A stretch of DNA of 64,000 bases from a virus: positions 1 through 64,000 of the IMG/VR virus record IMGVR_UViG_3300031251_000007. The stretch is one strand, 5' to 3'. The position numbers and the translations under genes were made by a program. Within the stretch, counting starts at the first letter, position 1. Each line of letters opens with the position of its first letter. The notes beneath the pieces were generated by a model. The model had not been told where the DNA came from. It was given only the letters and a program-made list of their open reading frames with translations, and made no database searches. Below are positions 9,150-17,671 of the stretch, piece after piece.

Positions 9150-10400
9150 TCACGGCGTTTCCCCCGATGTCCGCCGGACCAAAACCGGACCGTTTTCGCT
9201 GCCAATTTTTTCGAGCGCCTCGTTCAGCCGCATGAGCTGCGCTTCATCGGCGTGCGGCAGGTACCGGGCGTAGTGTTTCTCCAGCGTCGCCACCGAAGCG
9301 CCGACCTGGCGCGAGATCCAAAACAGGTCGACACCGCCAGAGACCGCCAGCGAAATGAACGTGCACCGCGTGTCGTAGAGGCGCCGTGGCCGCACCTCCG
9401 CAGAAGACAGTGCGGCGCGCCAGTGCGTCTTGGCGAAGCGGTCCTGGTTGATTGGGCAGCGGCTGGGCGTCGTGAATACGGGCAGCGCCTCGCCGGGATG
9501 AAGCGGGCGCAGCTCGCGCAGCAGATCGGTTGCATGCTGCGACAAGCGCACTGTGCGTCGGCTTGCGCGTGTCTTCGTTGAGCCGACGATGCCGCTCACC
9601 CGCGAGCGCCGAATAAACACGCGGCGCGCCGACAGGTCCACATCGCCCCAGGTGAGCCCGGTAGCTTCGGATGGCCGCATCCCTGTCGCGAACAGAAACG
9701 CAATCAGACCGTGCGACCAACGCCGGACGGTGCCCTTCTTCCGCGCGCTGAGCGGGGCCTCGCGCAGCTTCGCCAAGATCTTGTCGCGCTCCTCGGCGGT
9801 GAACGGATCCGGGTCCTCGATCTCCTTCGCCGGCCAGCGCAGCTTGAGGCATGGATTCACCTTGACGACGTGGTCGACGTCGAGTGCGGTGGCGAAGAGG
9901 CCGCTCAACGACCCCTGCAGGTAGTTGCGCGCCGATTTCATCTTGAGCCCGGCGCCGACCCACTGGCCGCGTGCTGCTTCCAGCACCGCAGGCGTGATCG
10001 CCCTTAGGCGCATGGCGCCGATCCGCACACCGTCGAGCTGCGTGGCAGCGAGTTTCTTGATCGCGGTATTGAGCTCCTTGTACCGCTTCGCCTTGACCGA
10101 CTGGCGCGCGAGCCATTCCGTCGCGTACCGATCGAAGGTCGGCTGCGCCGTCTCCTGCACCTCGATGCCGAGTGCGGCCTGCATCTCGGCGGCGCGCAGG
10201 CCGTGCGGGAAGAAGTGCAGATAGCGCGCCGGCCCGAAGTCGCCCGCCTTGATGGCCTCGGAGACGCGCGCGGCATAGCGCTCCGCCTTGGCGCGGTTCT
10301 CCGGCGTGTCGGGCCACGTCGTGCGCTCAGGCCAGCGTCGCCCCTGATGCCACAGGCGCAGCACGAGCTTGCCGTCGCGCGATTGCACCGCCGCGCCCAT
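9150..10400 (-). CDS. int: tyrosine integrase with N-terminal Arm DNA-binding domain
   Basis: FATGMRPSEATGLTWGDVD, STKTRASRR, RLYDTRCTF, KHYARY; N-terminal R.W.QGRR.PE. Confidence 0.92.
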   Translation of the reverse strand: MGAAVQSRDGKLVLRLWHQGRRWPERTTWPDTPENRAKAERYAARVSEAIKAGDFGPARYLHFFPHGLRAAEMQAALGIEVQETAQPTFDRYATEWLARQSVKAKRYKELNTAIKKLAATQLDGVRIGAMRLRAITPAVLEAARGQWVGAGLKMKSARNYLQGSLSGLFATALDVDHVVKVNPCLKLRWPAKEIEDPDPFTAEERDKILAKLREAPLSARKKGTVRRWSHGLIAFLFATGMRPSEATGLTWGDVDLSARRVFIRRSRVSGIVGSTKTRASRRTVRLSQHATDLLRELRPLHPGEALPVFTTPSRCPINQDRFAKTHWRAALSSAEVRPRRLYDTRCTFISLAVSGGVDLFWISRQVGASVATLEKHYARYLPHADEAQLMRLNEALEKIGSENGPVLVRRTSGETP

Positions 10401-10735
10401 CAGTCGATCAGCTCCTCGTTCAGCGGGCAGCCGCGGTGCGGTTGCGCAACGCCAGGGATCGGTTGCGGTGCGCCTTCGCGAACCCAGGTCTCGAGCGCTT
10501 TGCGGCTATAGAGCGGCGCCGAGCCCTTCGGCTTGAACCAATGCACGCCGCGCCGCCAGCGCTTGGATTTGCGCAGCGCGTCGATGGTCGCGGGCGCCTT
10601 GCGCAAGAGCGCTGCCGCTTCGTCGCGGGACAGAAAGTCGCCGAGCGGCGGCACAAGATCGCCACGCCCACGCTTTTGTTTGCCCGCCTCTACCACCTGC
10701 TCCGCCACGATCCCTATCCCACCTCGCTGTCCCAC
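10400..10735 (-). CDS. excisionase-like HTH protein
   Basis: FLSRDEAAALLRKAPATIDALRK...GVHWFKP...LYSRKALETWV; overlaps the integrase start. Confidence 0.75.
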   Translation of the reverse strand: MGQRGGIGIVAEQVVEAGKQKRGRGDLVPPLGDFLSRDEAAALLRKAPATIDALRKSKRWRRGVHWFKPKGSAPLYSRKALETWVREGAPQPIPGVAQPHRGCPLNEELID

Positions 10736-10777
10736 CCAGAACAGCGAGCCCCTTGCGGCACATGGCCGCGTTGAAAC

Positions 10778-10984
10778 CTAGACTGCTCTCAGCGTCCTGA
10801 CTTTCTTCTCGCGCCCGTCGCCATGTAGCGCGACGATGCGATAGGCCGCGCCGTCGACGTCCATGACGACACCGCGCTCGGCGTACCACCGCACTTCGCG
10901 CCGGCCCTTCTGCACGCCGGCGGCGCTGCCGACGAGATGGCCGATGAGGATGCCGAACAGCACGAGCCCGATGGCGAGCATCAC
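10778..10984 (-). CDS. small membrane protein
   Basis: Hydrophobic N-terminus MMLAIGLVLFGILIGHLVG. Confidence 0.55.
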   Translation of the reverse strand: MMLAIGLVLFGILIGHLVGSAAGVQKGRREVRWYAERGVVMDVDGAAYRIVALHGDGREKKVRTLRAV

Positions 10985-11021
10985 CGACGCGCCTCCGCGC
11001 GTGGCGCCCCTACGACTGCAG

Positions 11022-11094
11022 CCACCCAGGCCGCGGACTCGAAACCGCGCGCGGCGAGATTTGGAGTCTCACCTGTGCCCTGCACGCCTGGATG
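11022..11094 (-). tRNA. degenerate tRNA-like element with CCA (Trp) anticodon
   Basis: Minus strand CATCCAGGC-GTGCAGGGCAC-A-GGTGAGA CTCCAAA TCTCGCC-GCG-CGCGG TTTCGAGT CCGCG-GCCTGGGTG: four pairing stems, tiny D arm, 8-nt T loop, no 3' CCA. Confidence 0.55.
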
Positions 11095-12320
11095 ATAGGT
11101 AAGGGTGGCGAATTGTAGATCGCTATCTACCGGCCCTACCCTACCGCAATCGCTCGCGCTGCCCGCAGCGGATCCGCCAACAGCCGCAACGACATCGGCG
11201 ATTGCGCCAGGCGTCTGGCGTGTGTTAGCGTCCAGATTGTAGCTGTCAATTTGCGCTACCCCGTCGCTGCCCTGACGCGATATTACCTGGCGGCAGCCTG
11301 GCGATGTTATATCAACCGCGATCTTTCCCGTACGCGGATCGGCGAATGTCCCATCTGGCCTAAGCCGGTTGGCATCAGGCATCTCACTGACACCGCGCAC
11401 CTGTGGGGACCTGACGCGCGGGAAGGAAGAATGCCCGGAGCTTCGCCGACGGTTGGGACGACCGGCGGAGAGCCTTCGGTGGGATCGCGCATCGGGCGCA
11501 AGACGGGACTGGTGCGGGAAGAAGGAGCGCGATGGATCCGAGAGGCGCGATGGCGTGCGCAAGTGCGCGCATTCGTGTGGTGATCGCGTGCACGACGGCT
11601 CAGCCGCGTCAGGGCGCCGCAGCATTGCAAGCGTTCGCCGCTGAGCTGCGGCGCACGGAGCGAGGCGCCGGGCCGACGCCGATACAGGGAGGGCATCGGC
11701 ACGCTCGATGCTCAGCGCGTTCGCGTGCGCAATGTGAATGAACGTTCGCCGAATGCCTGCGTCAACGAAGGGCGCGGTCGCCACCGGGTGGCGGGGGCCG
11801 CGCGTATAGTTCCAGAGTAGCAGCCGGGATTGACCGGCGGGGGTAGCGATGGGAGCGAATGGAAGCGAGACACAAGCCCTTGTGTTCACAAAGCCTAAAA
11901 CAGTCGTATTGCGCGCGGGCGAAAATTCGGCGAATCTACGTCCGCGTCGTATGGCTTCCGCCCTGCGACATCCAACACTCAATTCGCGTGATCGGTCCAA
12001 CGCACGGTGCGTTCGGGTATCGCCGCGTGCTGACGAAGCCTGACTTGGGGGACAGATGGACCGATCGTCGCGGCGTGATAGGGGACGTGGCGTGGCGGAG
12101 GCGGATGTGGAAACGAACAATCGGCGCGTCGCATGCACAGCGGCGCTCCTCGACATCGCTTGCGGCTCGCGTCGAGGGCCACGAATCGAACTCTCCGACG
12201 AGGAGCGCTCAATCGGCGACGCACTCGCATCGGGCGAGACGGCGGCGGCGCTGAGTTCGCGACTCGGCATGGCGCCCGAGCGCTTGGCATACGCCTGCGT
12301 GCGCATCATCCACGCCTCGC

Positions 12321-12524
12321 CTACTGATTGACCGCGGCCGCCTGGGCGGGCTCGTCGAGCCCGAGATCTTGTCGAGCCCGCCCGACGGCTGCATCGCGGA
12401 TGTACTCCGCTCGCGAGAACTTCCGCGGCCCGGCCTTGCGCGCCTTGTCGACCAATCTCTTTTCGGGTGCGCTCAGGGTGATGCCGCCGATTCTCTCTCT
12501 GCCGCCTTTAACTGGGTCAGACAT
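12321..12524 (-). CDS. ribbon-helix-helix regulator (paralog 2)
   Basis: GGRERIGGITLSAPEKRLVDKARK...FSRAEYIRDAAV. Confidence 0.7.
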   Translation of the reverse strand: MSDPVKGGRERIGGITLSAPEKRLVDKARKAGPRKFSRAEYIRDAAVGRARQDLGLDEPAQAAAVNQ

Positions 12525-12549
12525 AGGTGGGGCCTGACTAGCATCAGTA

Positions 12550-12557
12550 TGGTACCA
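12550..12557. promoter_or_regulatory. operator-like palindrome TGGTACCA
   Basis: Lies within CAGTATGGTACCACTG upstream of RHH paralog 2; the same core recurs at 12984 and 13006. Confidence 0.55.
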
Positions 12558-12613
12558 CTGTAAAGCCGAATCCCGCCCAGTGAGAAAATTTTTCGAGGGG
12601 ACCACTTCGGTCC

Positions 12614-12904
12614 CTAATTGATAGCGCTGGGCTTTTTGACCGGGCGCTGGAGCTGCTGCAGCTGGGTCCGGGCCTTCAGGTAGAACTGCCACATAGCGGG
12701 ATCGGTCTGCGCCTCTTCGGGTGCGACTAGCTCGGCGCCAGTCTCCTGCTCGATCTGCGCAGCAAGGACTAAGGCTCCATTGCGCAGAAGCTCCGCTCGC
12801 GACCAGCCCTTCAACTTGGCGGCCCGATCGAGGATCTCGCGTTCGCCGTCGGCGAGGGTCAGTCCCCCGACCCGCTTACGCCCGCCCTCGATCTGATCCG
12901 CCAT
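12614..12904 (-). CDS. ribbon-helix-helix regulator (paralog 1, candidate repressor)
   Basis: GGRKRVGGLTLADGEREILDRAAKLKGWSRAELLRNGAL; divergent from the early plus-strand operon. Confidence 0.72.
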   Translation of the reverse strand: MADQIEGGRKRVGGLTLADGEREILDRAAKLKGWSRAELLRNGALVLAAQIEQETGAELVAPEEAQTDPAMWQFYLKARTQLQQLQRPVKKPSAIN

Positions 12905-12959
12905 CGTCGGCGGTGCCTACCAGCATGGCGCTAGGCGTCAAGAACCATCCGGATTTCAT

Positions 12960-13035
12960 GGTTAAGAGACAAAAATCTCACTCTGGTACCAGATTTCACT
13001 TCCAATGGTACCAGACTGGTGCTACAAGTACGGGC
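12960..13035. promoter_or_regulatory. divergent AT-rich control region with two TGGTACCA operators
   Basis: TGGTACCA at 12984-12991 and 13006-13013; the second lies in the 17-bp spacer of a possible TTCCAA/TACAAG rightward promoter. Confidence 0.6.
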
Positions 13036-13299
13036 ATGCAAAAGGTCGCTGCTCCGATAGCCACCCCGGTCCCTACCGCAACTCGGCCGGCCCCCTTCTC
13101 CATCCTCTCCGTCACCGTCTGGGGCGCGACCTACCGCTGCGAACACTGCGGCGGCGAGTGTGAAGTCGACCTTCAATTCGACGACCTCGACGCCTCCGAC
13201 CCCTGCTGCCCCGAGCCGCCGACGCCCGAGCAGGAGCAGGCGATCATCCAAGCGATCACGGAGGAGCGGGAGCCGTTCAACGCTTCCGCTTACGTATGA
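13036..13299 (+). CDS. hypothetical Cys-containing protein, first gene of the early operon
   Basis: YRCEHCGGEC; ATGA coupling to the next ORF. Confidence 0.55.
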   Translation: MQKVAAPIATPVPTATRPAPFSILSVTVWGATYRCEHCGGECEVDLQFDDLDASDPCCPEPPTPEQEQAIIQAITEEREPFNASAYV

Positions 13300-13559
13300 G
13301 CCGCGCCGCTCAATACGACCGCGACCGCCGCGCGGCGCAGGCTGAGCTTGCGCGACATATCTGCGCGACCTGCGACGGGTGCGGTCGGTGCACCGATCTC
13401 TGTGGACGGCATTTTGGCGACGAGAAGTGCGGCTGCATCACGGTGTGCACCGGCTGCACCAGCACGGTAATTCGCGACGACTGTCCGGTCGGCGATCATC
13501 GGCTGCTAGCGGCGATGATATTGGCGCCGCGCCCGCGGATCTTTCGGAGGGCTGCGTGA
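13296..13559 (+). CDS. Cys-rich hypothetical protein
   Basis: Multiple CxxC motifs. Confidence 0.55.
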   Translation: MSRAAQYDRDRRAAQAELARHICATCDGCGRCTDLCGRHFGDEKCGCITVCTGCTSTVIRDDCPVGDHRLLAAMILAPRPRIFRRAA

Positions 13560-13723
13560 TGGAGCCGCTATCCATCGTCGTTGCCGGCTCGAAGGGTGAC
13601 TACGTCGTGACGCGCAGCGCCGCCGGCAACTGGCACTGCAGCTGCCCAGCATTCGCTCGCCGTCCCACTCAGCTCTGCAAGCACATCTCGAGCATGCACA
13701 CGCCACGTGCGGAGGCCGCATGA
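13559..13723 (+). CDS. SWIM zinc-finger protein
   Basis: GSKGDYVV...WHCSCPAF......CKHI (CxC...CxH). Confidence 0.75.
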   Translation: MEPLSIVVAGSKGDYVVTRSAAGNWHCSCPAFARRPTQLCKHISSMHTPRAEAA

Positions 13724-14259
13724 AGACGCCACTCCCTTTGCAGCTGCCCTTCGACGATCAGGAGTTGTGGAAGCTCGCGACCGCCGCCAATGACGCGTGC
13801 GCCAGTGACTTCGCCATCACGCCGAGCGCGCTACTCGACTCGCTCAGCCGGCACGCGAGCGCCATCGACGACCGGATCATCTCCGCAGCGCACAATGAAA
13901 CGCTGCGCGCGGAACGTGACGAGCACCGGCGCCGAGCAGACCAGACACATGCGGCCTATGTCGGCGTCGATGGGCTCTATCGAGCGTCCCGCGAACGCGA
14001 GCACACCACCGAGGGGCATCGACAGGAGGCTTTTCGCTCGCTGGAGCACGAGCGAAAGCAAGTCGATCGGTGGCTCCGGGTCGCCCTGCTGTTAGCGAAA
14101 GGTGACGTCCCGCAGCTTGTCGACGCGGTTCGCGCCTTCGAGGCGCAACGCGATCGCGTCATCGCTGATCCGAACGCGGAGGCGCTCGCCGAATACAGGC
14201 GGGCGGGTAGTGCGATCCTGGAACTGATCGGGCACGCGCCCGGGGAATCAGCCGCATGA
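13720..14259 (+). CDS. hypothetical helical protein
   Basis: ATGA-coupled 179-aa ORF. Confidence 0.6.
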   Translation: MKTPLPLQLPFDDQELWKLATAANDACASDFAITPSALLDSLSRHASAIDDRIISAAHNETLRAERDEHRRRADQTHAAYVGVDGLYRASREREHTTEGHRQEAFRSLEHERKQVDRWLRVALLLAKGDVPQLVDAVRAFEAQRDRVIADPNAEALAEYRRAGSAILELIGHAPGESAA

Positions 14260-14498
14260 CCGACCGCGACCTGATCGAGCGTGTCGTCCGTATCGGCGTC
14301 GGCGCTGTCACCGCGCTCGAACTCTCTGGCCTCTTTCAACGCGGCTACATCGAGACGAGCAACGGCTTTCGGCTGACCGAGCGCGGGCAAGCGTTGCTCG
14401 ATGCAGAGCCGCCGCACTGTCCCGAGAGCGGCGAGAGTGTCGCGGACTGCGATCACTTGGTCGATCTCAGCGAGGTCGAGTTGGGCGGTGAGGGATGA
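14256..14498 (+). CDS. small winged-helix-like protein
   Basis: LFQRGYIE....FRLTERGQALL. Confidence 0.55.
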   Translation: MTDRDLIERVVRIGVGAVTALELSGLFQRGYIETSNGFRLTERGQALLDAEPPHCPESGESVADCDHLVDLSEVELGGEG

Positions 14499-14692
14499 TG
14501 AAACTCGGTTGGTTCCTGCTCGCGGCAAACGCGGTCGCGGTGCTCATGAACCTCGCCTGCGTCGTGGGCAATTCGATCGCCGGCAACACCGGCTGGGCGT
14601 TCGTCAATGGTGCGGGGGCGATCGTATCGCTGCTGGCCACGTGGCTATGCGTCGCGGGAATTCGCCGACGCCATCACCGAGCGGAGGCATAG
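14495..14692 (+). CDS. small two-TM membrane protein
   Basis: Two hydrophobic stretches; coupled ORF. Confidence 0.5.
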   Translation: MMKLGWFLLAANAVAVLMNLACVVGNSIAGNTGWAFVNGAGAIVSLLATWLCVAGIRRRHHRAEA

Positions 14693-14786
14693 ATGCAACT
14701 GCGCGATCTGTTCATCCCGGCGTTCATCTTCGCCGCCGCATACGCCTGCTTCTGGATACCGGCGCTGCTCCCCATCGGAGGTTGAG

Positions 14787-14972
14787 ATGGTCACCGTCCA
14801 CATCGGCAAGGTTAGTCCGCTCCCACCACGCCATTACCGCGACGACGACATCGAAGTCGTTCTCGTCCCCAACGGCTGCGTGTGGATGAAGGCGAAGAAT
14901 CTATTGCCCGGCGATCTGATCCAAAGTCGGGGCATCGTCACGCGCGTCGAGGCGATCAAGGAGGCGGCCTAG
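14787..14972 (+). CDS. hypothetical protein
   Basis: RBS GGAGG; MVTVHIGKV...KAKNLLPGDLI. Confidence 0.5.
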   Translation: MVTVHIGKVSPLPPRHYRDDDIEVVLVPNGCVWMKAKNLLPGDLIQSRGIVTRVEAIKEAA

Positions 14973-14974
14973 TC

Positions 14975-15208
14975 ATGCCCGACCGCTCCGCAAACGACAT
15001 CGTCCTCGGCGCGCGCGCTGAGCTGGAAACAAAGGATCAAGCGCGCCGACTCGATCATTTCGCCGCTGCCGCACTGACCGGTCTCTTGTCGGTATCGCCA
15101 CCCGATCGCGACTGCTTGACGCCCGAGGCGCTCGTGGCGACCGCTTGGCACTACGCACACCTGATGCTCGGCGAGTCTGAGAAGTGGAAGGCGGAGGTGA
15201 AGTCGTGA
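14975..15208 (+). CDS. conserved small phage protein
   Basis: RLDHFAAAALTGLL...AWHYAHLML motif; RBS AAGGAGG. Confidence 0.65.
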   Translation: MPDRSANDIVLGARAELETKDQARRLDHFAAAALTGLLSVSPPDRDCLTPEALVATAWHYAHLMLGESEKWKAEVKS

Positions 15209-15290
15209 GCCGCGCCTTTCTGCTCGTCCTCGCCGTCATCGCAATCGAAGGCGCCGTGGTCTGGCACCTCGTCGCGCCGGTGTTCTCGCG

Positions 15291-15584
15291 ATGACGTGCT
15301 GGAGCATTCTGGTTGTGCTGCACGGCTACGTCGTCACCCGGCTCGGCGGTCGCGGCGAGCCGCTGCGCGAGTTGCTCAACAGTGCAGCCGTCGCCGACAC
15401 GCCAGCCGCCGTGCTCGCGCATCTGATTCTTGAAGACGCCGAGATGCCGAGCGGCGCCCGGGAATGCGACGTGCTGGTGCGGCTCCATCTTGCACCGCAG
15501 CTGGAGAAGAAAGGCCAAGCGCACGTCACACGCACACAGCTTGAGCGCTGCGTGGCCGAAGCTGAGCGCGGAGCGGCGGCGTGA
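15291..15584 (+). CDS. hypothetical protein
   Basis: Coupled to the exonuclease gene. Confidence 0.5.
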   Translation: MTCWSILVVLHGYVVTRLGGRGEPLRELLNSAAVADTPAAVLAHLILEDAEMPSGARECDVLVRLHLAPQLEKKGQAHVTRTQLERCVAEAERGAAA

Positions 15585-16402
15585 GCGACAAGCCCTACAT
15601 CTCGACGTCGCAGATCACGACGTTCGACGGCTGCGGCGAGCAGTATCGCCGGAAGTACATCGAACGTGAATTTCTGCCGTCAGGGGTCGCGGGCCTGCGC
15701 GGCTCAGCGGTGCATGGCGCCTCCGAAGTGAACCTGCGCCAGAAGATCGCGAGCGGCGTCGATCTGCCGCTGTCTGACCTGGTGGATGCTGCGGCGACGG
15801 CCTTCGAACGGCGCAAGGACGAGGGCTACATGCTGACGCCGGAAGAGAAGGCGATCGGCGCCTCGATCGTGCTGGGGCAAGCGAAAGACCGGGCGGTAAA
15901 GTTGACCGGGCTCTATGCCGATCGCGTGGCGCCGCACATCCAGCCGAAGAAGGTCGAGACGCGCCAGCGCATCGCATTGCCCGGTGAGTACGATTTGCTG
16001 GGCATCCTCGACGTCACCACCACCGACGACCGAATCAAGGATCTGAAGACCGGCAAGGCGCTCGCGCAAGAGACCGTCGACCAGTCGCTGCAGTTCTCGA
16101 TGTATGCGCTCACGTTCCGCGCAGTTGAGGGCGTAGACCCGACCGGTATCGACGTCGAGAATCTCGTCGACACGCGCGTGCCCAAGCATGTTCGCCTGAC
16201 CACGACGCGCGGGCGGCGCGACTACGAAGTGCTGGTGAATCGCCTGAACGCCCTGCTCGCCGCGCGCGAGGCAGGCGTCTTTGCGCCAGCGGCGATCGGC
16301 GATTGGAGGTGCTCCGCGAGGTGGTGCAGTTTTTTCACCACCTGCCGGTTCGCGAATTCCGAGCGTCGCGCTGCTGCCGACCAAGTCGACGTCGAGCAGT
16401 GA
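15581..16402 (+). CDS. RecB-family/Cas4-like PD-(D/E)XK exonuclease
   Basis: ISTSQITTFDGCG..Y, GSAVH, GILDV, DLKTGK, Q..MY, C-terminal CSARWCSF..TC. Confidence 0.85.
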   Translation: MSDKPYISTSQITTFDGCGEQYRRKYIEREFLPSGVAGLRGSAVHGASEVNLRQKIASGVDLPLSDLVDAAATAFERRKDEGYMLTPEEKAIGASIVLGQAKDRAVKLTGLYADRVAPHIQPKKVETRQRIALPGEYDLLGILDVTTTDDRIKDLKTGKALAQETVDQSLQFSMYALTFRAVEGVDPTGIDVENLVDTRVPKHVRLTTTRGRRDYEVLVNRLNALLAAREAGVFAPAAIGDWRCSARWCSFFTTCRFANSERRAAADQVDVEQ

Positions 16403-16419
16403 CCCTCACGGAGGAAGAC

Positions 16420-17643
16420 ATGATCAAAGGCATTGTCCCCGCGCTCGCTGAAGGCGGAAAATTGAAGCTCGGCGGCCTCGGCGAGACGCGGAAATCGCGC
16501 AAGGGCGAAGACTACCGCATGCCGGTGAAGCTCGATCACTTCATCGTGACGACCACCGAGCGCGACGCGTCGACTGGCGACCTCATCATCGACGACGAGA
16601 TGATGGCCGCGCTGCCAAAGGATGAAGACGGGCACTGTCGGCAAATCCCGATCGTACTGCACGACGACGACATCGAGCGCGTCTTCCCGACTACCTATGC
16701 GCTCTACCAAGGGCGCACGCTCGTCTGTCGCGGGGATGGCGAGAGCGCCACGCGGTTCGAGGTGAAGAACGGGGAGAAGACGGGCGCATTCAAGGACGTC
16801 GACTGCACCTGTGCATTTCTCGATGCAGACAGCGGACCGATCTGTAAACCGCACGGCACGCTGCACTGCTCGATTCGCATTCCGGGCCACGCAGTTGCCG
16901 GGTCGGTGCACAAGTGGCGCACGACCTCGATCATCTCGATTCGGCAGATGATCGGCAGCCTACAGCAGATTCGCGACGTCTGCGGCGCGCTCACCGGGAT
17001 TCCGCTCTGGCTGGTCGTGAAGCCGATCAAGGTGACGCCGGTCGGCTCGACCCCGACCACCGTCTACTGCTGCCACGTCGAGCTGCGCGCCACCGACGTG
17101 CAGGCCGTGCAGCGTGACGCGATCGCCGCGGCCGAGATGCGGCGTCGGGTGCGGCAGTCGATCGGGTACCGCGCTTTCACGCCGCCGGCGGTGGACGAGA
17201 CGCCCGAGGAAGAGGCGGACGTCCAACAAGAGTTCCACCCGGACGTCGATCCGAACGCCCCGCCGGTGAACGGCAACGGTAACGGCACAGCGAAGACGGT
17301 CACGCTTGACGACGTGATGAGGGGCGCCGGCGCCACCAAAGACCCGGCTCCGCCTACGCAGCCAGTCGTGTACCTCGGCGACTACATCCAGGCCGTCAAC
17401 GAGCTGGTGCAGGAAATCGAAGCGCGCAAGGCCGGCCAGGGCAAGAACGCGCTCATCATGGCGGTCGGCAAAGACGATCTCGACGGGCTCACCAAACAGC
17501 AGCTCGAAGAGGCCGCCGAGTTCCTGCGCTCGATTCTCCCCAGCTTCAAGGCGGCACCGGCGGAGCCGGAACCGACGACCGATCTGCCGCCCCCGAAGAC
17601 GCAACCGACGCCCGACGCCAACGGCCAGCGCCGCCTCATGTAG
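16420..17643 (+). CDS. Gp3-like recombination protein (recombination directionality factor-like)
   Basis: LAEGGKLKLG...PVKLDHFIVT...VCRGDGE...CKPHGTL...WRTTSIIS; RBS GGAGGAA; adjacent to the exonuclease. Confidence 0.7.
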   Translation: MIKGIVPALAEGGKLKLGGLGETRKSRKGEDYRMPVKLDHFIVTTTERDASTGDLIIDDEMMAALPKDEDGHCRQIPIVLHDDDIERVFPTTYALYQGRTLVCRGDGESATRFEVKNGEKTGAFKDVDCTCAFLDADSGPICKPHGTLHCSIRIPGHAVAGSVHKWRTTSIISIRQMIGSLQQIRDVCGALTGIPLWLVVKPIKVTPVGSTPTTVYCCHVELRATDVQAVQRDAIAAAEMRRRVRQSIGYRAFTPPAVDETPEEEADVQQEFHPDVDPNAPPVNGNGNGTAKTVTLDDVMRGAGATKDPAPPTQPVVYLGDYIQAVNELVQEIEARKAGQGKNALIMAVGKDDLDGLTKQQLEEAAEFLRSILPSFKAAPAEPEPTTDLPPPKTQPTPDANGQRRLM

Positions 17644-17671
17644 GCCGCGCGCCACCCCGGAGAACCCGACC

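Noticed and set aside
9093-9170. Complete tRNA-Arg gene
   Set aside because: Similarity stops after the anticodon arm; there is no T arm or 3' acceptor strand.
10981-12309. 442-aa protein
   Set aside because: Arg/Ser/Pro-rich composition without motifs, crossing a tRNA-like element and promoter-like sequence; most likely a chance GC-rich open frame.
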